Of a stretch of DNA of 32,000 nucleotides, positions 25,598 to 32,000 are shown one piece after another (within the stretch, counting starts at the first letter, position 1; each line of letters opens with the position of its first letter). Source of the stretch: an uncultured Verrucomicrobia subdivision 3 bacterium (GTDB taxonomy: Bacteria; Verrucomicrobiota; Verrucomicrobiia; Limisphaerales; UBA11358); NCBI GenBank assembly GCA_903858275.1, contig CAIOIC010000028.1:13706-45705 (forward strand), in the 5' to 3' direction. The notes below the pieces were generated by a model. The model worked only from the letters and a program-made list of their open reading frames with translations, made no database searches and was not told the origin of the DNA. Made by a program: the position numbers and the translations under genes.

Positions 25598-26755
25598 TCA
25601 TCTCAATTTATCCAGCGTGATGGCGGCAGGGTTGTTCATCATTTCCTGGCAACGAAGGTTGTCCACGATGGCCACTTTTGATTTTCCCCAACTGTGCCAC
25701 TGCAAAAAATACGCGGCCTTGCCTTTGAAGATGTTCAACACTTCCATTTGGTCGAAGCTGCCGTAGCCATCTTTATTTGGACCGATTTCGCCATTCGCAA
25801 TCAATTTCCCGAATTTCTTCAAAGCTTCGTAATCATTAAAATCCGGGGATTTTCCATAACTATCAACTGCCACGATATCCACATACGGGGCCCCCGGGAA
25901 CATCGCCTCCAGCGGCGGCAAGGCATGGCCCTTGGAGCTGCTGGGGGAATACACCCACAATAAATTATCCAATCCAAAATCGGTGGTGAAAGTTTCGCGC
26001 ATGTCTTTCCACAAGGCGGCGAAATCCTCCTGATTGTTCGGCTTTTTCCAGTCATTGACGCCCCACCAAAACCAATTGCCGTTCACCTCATGAAATGGCC
26101 GCCAAAGGACGATCACCCCTGCGTCCTTCAATTGCTTCAGCGCACCGGCGATTCTTCTGAGTTCCGCCCGGTAGCTGGTTTTCGCTGTTGAGTCAGGTGC
26201 ATTTTTCAACAAGCTTCGGAGATTGATCGATTTCTTCTCCTGCGCCGAATCGAACCTCACATTGTAGCCCTCTTTGAAAGGGTTGTCCGCATGCCAGCTG
26301 ATGGTTACTAGGCCGCCTTTTTTCCAATGGGCGATCGCGTATTGGTTATTGGCGGGCAAGTTGGCATTGGCAAAATAACCATACTCCAAACCAAGCAGCG
26401 CCGGGTGTTTCCCGGTTGATTCATAGAGCGACTGAAAACTTATTTTGTAATTTAACGCGACATCCGCTGATTCACTGCACTGTTGCCCGACAATGACCCG
26501 CTGGTTTTCAATGACCGTTCGGAAATAGGCCATGATTCCCGCCTTGCTTCGGTCGGTCAGTTTCGGGATGAACATTTTGTTGGCTGGCGCGGCGCTGGCG
26601 TTGTTGGTTTCAATCGCACCGGCGGTGGTTGATATTAGCGTGAAGCTTGTAATAAGCAGCACGGCCAATGCGGGCGCAGGCAGGCATCGGGAAGCAAGGT
26701 GACAGATGGTTTTGGGTGACATGAGCCTGAAAAGCACGGTTTGTTTCTTGGCCAT
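25598..26755 (-). CDS. Glycoside hydrolase family 26 (beta-mannanase-like), secreted
   Basis: 385 aa. WRPFHEVNGNWFWWG is the GH26 acid/base signature. Hydrophobic leader. The start could instead be the internal Met at 26722. Confidence 0.85.
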   Translation of the reverse strand: MAKKQTVLFRLMSPKTICHLASRCLPAPALAVLLITSFTLISTTAGAIETNNASAAPANKMFIPKLTDRSKAGIMAYFRTVIENQRVIVGQQCSESADVALNYKISFQSLYESTGKHPALLGLEYGYFANANLPANNQYAIAHWKKGGLVTISWHADNPFKEGYNVRFDSAQEKKSINLRSLLKNAPDSTAKTSYRAELRRIAGALKQLKDAGVIVLWRPFHEVNGNWFWWGVNDWKKPNNQEDFAALWKDMRETFTTDFGLDNLLWVYSPSSSKGHALPPLEAMFPGAPYVDIVAVDSYGKSPDFNDYEALKKFGKLIANGEIGPNKDGYGSFDQMEVLNIFKGKAAYFLQWHSWGKSKVAIVDNLRCQEMMNNPAAITLDKLR

Positions 26756-26782
26756 AGGTCTATATTTTGAAGTTAATTTTTA

Positions 26783-26858
26783 TGGTGCTCCCACCCGGAA
26801 TTGAACTGGGATCCACGGTTTAGGAAACCGCTGCTCTATCCATTTGAGCTATGGGAGC
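26783..26858 (-). tRNA. tRNA-Arg(CCT), genomically encoded CCA
   Basis: Reverse complement is GCTCCCATAGCTCAAATGGATAGAGCAGCGGTTTCCTAAACCGTGGATCCCAGTTCAATTCCGGGTGGGAGCACCA. Manual cloverleaf: 7-bp acceptor, GCTC/GAGC D-stem, GCGGT/ACCGT anticodon stem, loop TTCCTAA (anticodon CCT), and T-arm CCCAG/CCGGG with one A-C mismatch. Confidence 0.85.
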
Positions 26859-27128
26859 TTTGTTGAAAATGTTTGTCGGCCGACTGATTAATTGAAAGCT
26901 AACTATGCCCGGTTTCTCGGGAAGGGCAAGCTCATCCGATTGAGTCGTAATGGGACTTTAATTCCGGTTGCATCTGGCGGCTTCGCAGAACGCTGAGAGG
27001 CTTGCCAAGAGTTAAGTCGATCCTTGCAACAACAATTACAAACAGGCACGTTGAATGAAATACCCGATTTCCCCGACATTGATTTGCGGATTTTCGCAGA
27101 ATAATTGAATTAACCCGGAAAAACCTTT

Positions 27129-28895
27129 ATGAAAACACCATGGCTAATCCTGTTTGGCCTGTTGATTTGTGTCACGGCCACGGCTGCGGGAAAAATAGAT
27201 CGCGGCTTGGTTGCGCTGCCGGCAGGAGTGAGCAAGGTTTATCTCAGCTGGCGGTTTTTGCGCGATGATGCCGCCAGCATCGCGTTTAATGTTTATCGCC
27301 AGTCCGCCGCCGGTGGCAAGGCCACCAGGCTCAATGCCCAGCCAGTTTCCCAAACCACGGACTTCATTGATTCCACTGCACCACTTGACGTCGCGTGTGA
27401 ATATTTTGTGCGTGGCGTGATCGCGGGCCGTGAATTGGAGGCCAGCAGCAAATGCGTCGCTACCGCCAGCGCGAAAGAACCAGTCATCAAGAAAGATCCC
27501 AAGAAGCCCGCCGCGCCGGAGGCTGCGTTTGTATCAATTCCGTTGCTCGGCAAATACAAGTTGCAATCGGTTGCCGTGGCCGACCTCGATGGTGATGGCA
27601 AAATGGATTTCGTCATCAAGCAACCCGACGGCAACATTGATCCGTATAAGGATTATTGGCACAAGAGTACCAACACATTTAAAATAGAAGCTTATCGCCA
27701 CGACGGCAAACCGCTTTGGCAATACGACCTCGGCTGGGGCATTGAACAGGGGATTTGGTATGCGCCTTACATCGTTCATGATTTTGATGGCTGCGGCAAA
27801 GCGGAAGTAATTGTCAAAACCAGTCAAGGCGACCCGCGTGACCAGGATGGCCGGGTGCAGACCGGCCCGGAATATCTCGCCGTGCTCGATGGCACCACCG
27901 GCAGGGAAATTTGCCACGCCGACTGGCCGTCGCGGGAGCTGTTCAAGGATGAAGGTTACAATCACGCCTCGCGCAATCAACTCGGCGTCGCCTACCTTGA
28001 CGGCAAAACACCAAGCATCATCGTGAATCGCGGAACTTATGGCCACATAATCGTCGAGGCGTGGAAATTTCAGGGCCGTAAACTAGAGCGGCAATGGCGC
28101 TGGGACAACAAGGACCTACCCAAACAATACAAAGGGCAAGGCTCACACATGCTCCAAGCCGCCGATCTCAATGGCGACGGTCGTGATGAAGTCATCGTCG
28201 GCTCCTGCGTCCTCGGTCCCGACGGCAAGGAACTGTGGACCACCGGACTGGGACATCCCGACAGCGTCTATGTCGGCAAACTCAATCCTGACCGCAAAGG
28301 CCTGCAGATATATTACAACATTGAGACGGCACAGAAGAGCAACGGCATGTGCATGGCGGATGCCGCGACCGGGAAAATTCTATGGGGCTTCGGTACGCCC
28401 ACCAAACACGTTCACAGCCATGGCCTCTGCAGCGACATTGATCCTGACCAGCCCGGCTGGGAAGGCTACGGTGCGGAGTCCACCAACCACATCTTTGTTT
28501 ACTCGCGCCTTTGGAGCAGCAACGGCAAGCTGCTCGACGACTCGTTGCGCTGGAACTTCGGTCCCTTTGCCGTTCTTTGGGATGAAACCCCGCAGCGTGA
28601 ATTGATTCTGAACAGCCGCATTACAAAATACAAAGGCGCCGCCCTTAACGCCGTGGATGCAAATTTCATTGCCGTGGCCGACGTTCTTGGCGATTGGCGC
28701 GAAGAAATTCTTGCCACCGTGCCCGGGGAACTGCGCATCTATACCACAATCATACCTGCACGCGACCGCCACGTCTGCCTGATGCAAGACCCGATTTACC
28801 GCAGCTGCCTGATACGCCAGACCTCTGGTTATTATCAGTGCCCGACCATGAGTTTTGATCTCGCCACCGGCGCAACCCGCAATACTGACAACTGA
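27129..28895 (+). CDS. Polysaccharide lyase family 11 rhamnogalacturonan lyase (YesW/YesX-like beta-propeller), secreted
   Basis: 588 aa with a signal peptide. Collinear matches to B. subtilis YesW as I recall it: DRGLVAL...YLSWRFL...FNVYR, VADLDGDGKMDFVIK, HDFDGCGKAEVIVKT, GPEYLAVLDGTTG, GVAYLDGKTPSII, GQGSHMLQAADLNGDGRDEVI, GLGHPDS, DAATGKILWG, GDWREEI, LRIYTT, LMQDPIYR. Confidence 0.85.
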   Translation: MKTPWLILFGLLICVTATAAGKIDRGLVALPAGVSKVYLSWRFLRDDAASIAFNVYRQSAAGGKATRLNAQPVSQTTDFIDSTAPLDVACEYFVRGVIAGRELEASSKCVATASAKEPVIKKDPKKPAAPEAAFVSIPLLGKYKLQSVAVADLDGDGKMDFVIKQPDGNIDPYKDYWHKSTNTFKIEAYRHDGKPLWQYDLGWGIEQGIWYAPYIVHDFDGCGKAEVIVKTSQGDPRDQDGRVQTGPEYLAVLDGTTGREICHADWPSRELFKDEGYNHASRNQLGVAYLDGKTPSIIVNRGTYGHIIVEAWKFQGRKLERQWRWDNKDLPKQYKGQGSHMLQAADLNGDGRDEVIVGSCVLGPDGKELWTTGLGHPDSVYVGKLNPDRKGLQIYYNIETAQKSNGMCMADAATGKILWGFGTPTKHVHSHGLCSDIDPDQPGWEGYGAESTNHIFVYSRLWSSNGKLLDDSLRWNFGPFAVLWDETPQRELILNSRITKYKGAALNAVDANFIAVADVLGDWREEILATVPGELRIYTTIIPARDRHVCLMQDPIYRSCLIRQTSGYYQCPTMSFDLATGATRNTDN

Positions 28896-29121
28896 TTGAT
28901 TCTTCAGAATTAATCAAATTCCATTAATCAATCGCTAAAGAGCCATCGGCGTTGTGACTGGGCCTTTCTTCTGTTTTTTCGTGCGCTTATTGCAAACAAC
29001 CTATCGCCTGCTGAAAACCTATTGTTATCGAAGTGGATCAAGTTATTTTTAAATGTACGGCAGCACAGTCTTCAGTGGACATCTTCTGTCCCACGCTAAT
29101 GCCGCTTAGATGAACAATAAA

Positions 29122-29164
29122 AATAGGCGGTGGCTTACTTCGTGATTAAAGTGCCACCGCCTAT
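29122..29164. terminator. Hairpin terminator in the AT-rich spacer; the best context is minus strand, downstream of the PEP-CTERM gene
   Basis: Perfect 13-bp stem aataggcggtggc (29122-29134) / gccaccgcctatt (29152-29164) with a 17-nt loop. The minus-strand tail is TTTTATTGTT, the plus-strand tail ATTTGTTTAT. Confidence 0.6.
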
Positions 29165-29276
29165 TATTTGTTTATATTTAATGAATTTTGATTTTGATAG
29201 GCGCTTCTCTGTATGACTCTTTCAGCCTGTGAAAAATTAAAACCACAAGTTTTTAACCCAAGAGCGAAGGTGCCGA

Positions 29277-29900
29277 TTAGTGACTTTCTTTCCTGGCGCG
29301 GAGTATTCGATCCAATCCCGCCAATGACAGAAGCATTGCCACAAACAAGATTAGCGCCAAACCTATTGGTTCTGGCACAACCGTCAGGTTTAGCGACCAA
29401 CTGTCAACTGTCGACTGTCCGCCGCCGTTAGATATATCAGAAAAAAATAACGCCCATGTCCCGTTTGCCAGCGATCCGTTGAAGTCCGAAAGATTGCCTG
29501 CTGCCTGATATGTCCCTGAAAGAATATTTCCTGAAGTCTCATTTTGGATGCTTGTGCTCCCAGCATCGCTCAAAGAAATGTTCATCCCAGCCCCATAGGC
29601 TCCAAAGCCGTTTACCGCCACCCCTGGCTGATCCAGCAATACCACCAGTGTCCCGTTTGGCGCAATCAGATATGCAAATAAATCTCCGTTGTAACCACCG
29701 CTGATGGATAGGTTCACCGTCACCCCTAATACCTGATCAAGTGGGCTTGCTTGATTAAAGGTTCCGCTAAACACCACGCCCACCGGATTGCCATCCGCAA
29801 CCCCGCCATTGCCCGGCGTGAAGCTCTGGCTCAATGTCAACGTCGCCTGCGCCCATGTTACAGTGAGCAGAAGGAATAAAATTGTTAGTTTTTTTTGCAT
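29277..29900 (-). CDS. PEP-CTERM-anchored secreted protein with a proprotein-convertase P-domain-like beta-sandwich
   Basis: ORF track gives 29277..29978 (TTG). ATG 29900 gives MQKKLTILFLLLTVTWAQA (signal peptide). P-domain-like GDLFAYLIAPNGTLVVLLD...GTWALFFSD...G.STVDSWSLNL. The C-terminus VVPEPIGLALILFVAMLLSLAGLDRILRARK is a PEP-CTERM sorting signal. Confidence 0.8.
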   Translation of the reverse strand: MQKKLTILFLLLTVTWAQATLTLSQSFTPGNGGVADGNPVGVVFSGTFNQASPLDQVLGVTVNLSISGGYNGDLFAYLIAPNGTLVVLLDQPGVAVNGFGAYGAGMNISLSDAGSTSIQNETSGNILSGTYQAAGNLSDFNGSLANGTWALFFSDISNGGGQSTVDSWSLNLTVVPEPIGLALILFVAMLLSLAGLDRILRARKESH

Positions 29901-30294
29901 GTCGTCCCTTTGTTGAGGACAAGTGGTGGAAGTGACCACCGAATTCAGTAAATGGTAAAAATCGTGGTTCTTAGCCAAACGATCATCCCGCTAACGTCCC
30001 CAGTAATTCAAATATATCTCGCTGAATAAGGTTAATACCCTATTAATTGATTTATGCATCAGCAATGCAGCGAACGATAGATTTTATGAATCGGATGATG
30101 ATAATACCCAACTCTGGTGATTCTAATTAACTATTCATAGGCAATTTGAGTGGTAACCTGTTATAGATATCCGGTATCAAGAAGGATTTGCAGCAAAAGA
30201 GTCGTTTTATTGAGACGAAAGCGAAAGATTAAATTATTTTTCCAGTATGTCTTTGCGTTTGTAAAGGAACTGTGAAAAATCCAGAATCACTGTT

Positions 30295-32000
30295 ATGAAG
30301 CATTTTCTATTGGCATTGCCTTGGCTGGCTGGCTTTGCACTTTTGGCGGCGGAACCAGGGAATTTAGTTCTGCGCACGGATCGGCTGACGCTGGAACTGG
30401 GACAGAAACAAAACGGAGCCATCGTTTCGCTTGTGGATCAAAAGACCGGCACGGAGTTTGTGGCTAATCAGTTAACCCCTCGGTTGTTTACCCTTTGCTT
30501 CACCAAAAAATCTGCTCCGGGCAGCGAGAAAATTTATTTGAGCAGCAGCAGTGCAAAAAAATATGTCGCCACGCGCAAAGATTCATCCGCCGGACAGCAG
30601 GTGACATTGAATTACGAAGGTTTGGGAGATTGGCCGGTACAGGTGCAATGTGTCGTGCGTGCGGTGCCGGCAGATCCGCTCTTGCGCTGGCGGATAAGCG
30701 TAAAGATTCCCGAGGATTTGGTGTTGGAGCAAGTTCACTATCCCTTGGTGGTGCTAAAGGCACCGCTGGGAGAATCAGTGGATGATGATGCGGCAGTTTG
30801 TGGTGCCGCCAAAGGCGGGGTTGTCCGGCAACCCGGCAATTTTAAGGTTGGCACCCGGATATCAGAGCATCAGCCCGGTTCATTGGCCGCGCAGTTTGGC
30901 TGTTACTATGATTCAAGGTCCGGCGTTTATCTGGCGGCGCATGACGATCAGGGATATCCCAAAGACATCATCCTGCAACGCACAAAAGAGGGACTGGAAT
31001 TTAACTGGATGCAAGCCAGCTATTCGGGCAAGACCTATACACTTGATTACGACGTGGTGCTGACCACGTTTTCCACAGCGGATAAAACAACGGCCACCGA
31101 TTGGCGGGATGCGGCGGACATTTATAAAAATTGGGCGCTGACGCGTCCGTGGTGTGCTACGCTGTTTGCCCAGCGAACAGACATTCCCGCTTGGATGAAG
31201 GAAGGGCCGGCTATGGTGCGGTTTTCCCGCCAATGGCTGGCGCAGCCCGAACTCATCGAAAGATGGGTTTCGCAATATTGGCGGAAGCAATTCCCTGATG
31301 CTCCTTTGATCATGGCATATTGGGGTTGGGAAAAAGTGGAGAACTGGATCACCCCGGATTACTTCCCGCTGTATCCCAGCGACAAACAATTCACCAATCT
31401 GGTGGCGCGACTGCGTCCGTTCAATACCCATGCCTTTCCCTGGCCATCCGGTTATCATTGGACGCTGACGTTTGATAAGAAAGCTGATGGCGCGTTTCAA
31501 TGGGATGACCGGAAACGTTTTGATCAAGTGGCGCATTCCCATGCGATCCACAATCGTTCCGGCGAACTTTATCTGCGCACGCCGAGTTGGCTGAAGGGCG
31601 GCAACACCGCCTGCCTCTGTCCCGGTGATCCTTGGACCATCCAATGGTGGAATCAGGATATCTGCGTGCCTCTGGCGCTGCGCGGGGTAGAAATGATTCA
31701 GGTGGACCAAGTGGTGGGCGGCGGATTTCCCGCCTGTTATGAAAAAAGTCATCCGCATCCCCCCGGGCACGGCAAGTGGATGACGGAAGTTTTCACCAAA
31801 CAATTGCTAACCATGTATGCCGCCTGCCGCGCCATTCAACCGGATGCCGTGGTGTGCTTTGAGGAACCCAATGAGCGATTTAATCACCTGGTGGGTATTC
31901 AGGATTATCGGGATTGCGAAGCCTCGCGCGAATGGGCTTCGGTGTTTGGCTATCTTTACCACGAATTTCTCCCCGTCTTTCAAAGCAATCCCCGAGGTCA
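30295..32000 (+). CDS. Secreted uncharacterised glycoside-hydrolase-like protein (DUF6259-like), 5' part; continues past the right window edge
   Basis: Own translation from ATG 30295 is open to the window end, so it is not in the ORF track. Begins MKHFLLALPWLAGFALLAAEP (signal peptide), then LVLRTDRLTLELGQKQNGAIVSLVDQKTGTEFVA ... IQVDQVVGGGFPACYEKSHPHPPGHGKWM. The family assignment is from memory of DUF6259-type proteins found in CAZyme loci. The 296-aa minus-strand ORF is a shadow. Confidence 0.65.
   Translation, partial: MKHFLLALPWLAGFALLAAEPGNLVLRTDRLTLELGQKQNGAIVSLVDQKTGTEFVANQLTPRLFTLCFTKKSAPGSEKIYLSSSSAKKYVATRKDSSAGQQVTLNYEGLGDWPVQVQCVVRAVPADPLLRWRISVKIPEDLVLEQVHYPLVVLKAPLGESVDDDAAVCGAAKGGVVRQPGNFKVGTRISEHQPGSLAAQFGCYYDSRSGVYLAAHDDQGYPKDIILQRTKEGLEFNWMQASYSGKTYTLDYDVVLTTFSTADKTTATDWRDAADIYKNWALTRPWCATLFAQRTDIPAWMKEGPAMVRFSRQWLAQPELIERWVSQYWRKQFPDAPLIMAYWGWEKVENWITPDYFPLYPSDKQFTNLVARLRPFNTHAFPWPSGYHWTLTFDKKADGAFQWDDRKRFDQVAHSHAIHNRSGELYLRTPSWLKGGNTACLCPGDPWTIQWWNQDICVPLALRGVEMIQVDQVVGGGFPACYEKSHPHPPGHGKWMTEVFTKQLLTMYAACRAIQPDAVVCFEEPNERFNHLVGIQDYRDCEASREWASVFGYLYHEFLPVFQSNPRG

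Noticed and set aside
26940-26975. tRNA T-arm-like fragment (tttaattccggttg) as a possible att-site remnant
   Set aside because: It is a partial match only, in inverted rather than direct orientation relative to the tRNA, with no integrase or other mobile-element gene nearby.
30913-31803. 296-aa minus-strand ORF
   Set aside because: It is antisense to the edge-truncated DUF6259-like gene, which is open from 30295 to the window end and has a signal peptide.
1-32000. Search for defence systems, toxin-antitoxin pairs, CRISPR arrays, prophage or IS elements, and biosynthetic gene clusters
   Set aside because: No nuclease/ATPase/methylase combinations, repeat-spacer arrays, transposases, integrases, phage structural genes or PKS/NRPS/RiPP signatures were seen on either strand. 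Every ORF longer than about 140 aa is accounted for by ordinary metabolic, regulatory, repair or CAZyme functions, or is an antisense shadow.

Overview
This is a gene-dense chromosomal segment. PEP-CTERM sorting signal, futalosine-pathway mqnC, signal-peptide xylose-isomerase-like TIM-barrel protein, many secreted CAZymes and W/P-rich secreted proteins point to a Verrucomicrobia/PVC-type genome; this is inference from gene content only. I support 27 protein-coding genes, one frameshifted pseudogene, one tRNA, several intrinsic terminators and one in-gene tandem repeat. Two of the genes run off the window edges and are missing from the supplied ORF track. Left to right: CHASE2 sensor (partial) and FecR-domain protein; O-antigen-ligase/TPR membrane protein; M29 aminopeptidase; a minus-strand run of punA, disrupted cdd, hybrid histidine kinase and LysR; a small 4-Cys PAS protein; an Lrp/AsnC, orphan gene and class I aminotransferase operon; an mqnC-like radical SAM, Gfo/Idh/MocA and DegT operon; MoeB-rhodanese; a tightly packed minus-strand cluster (W/P-rich secreted protein, ruvC, ruvA, DUF374, priA, sugar-phosphate isomerase); and from about 23.9 kb a polysaccharide-degradation locus (LamG+YesU-like, GH26, tRNA-Arg(CCT), PL11 YesW-like lyase, PEP-CTERM P-domain protein, uncharacterised DUF6259-like protein, partial). 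I see no transposase, integrase, CRISPR array, or recognisable defence or toxin-antitoxin module, and no large unexplained non-coding stretch. I therefore cannot support a claim of a novel multi-gene system here. The best leads are modest: a hybrid kinase lacking the canonical phospho-acceptor His, a doubly frameshifted cdd, a 4-Cys PAS protein, a long terminator-like hairpin in a divergent promoter region, an AT-richer orphan gene inside an Lrp-aminotransferase operon, and uncharacterised members of the CAZyme locus.
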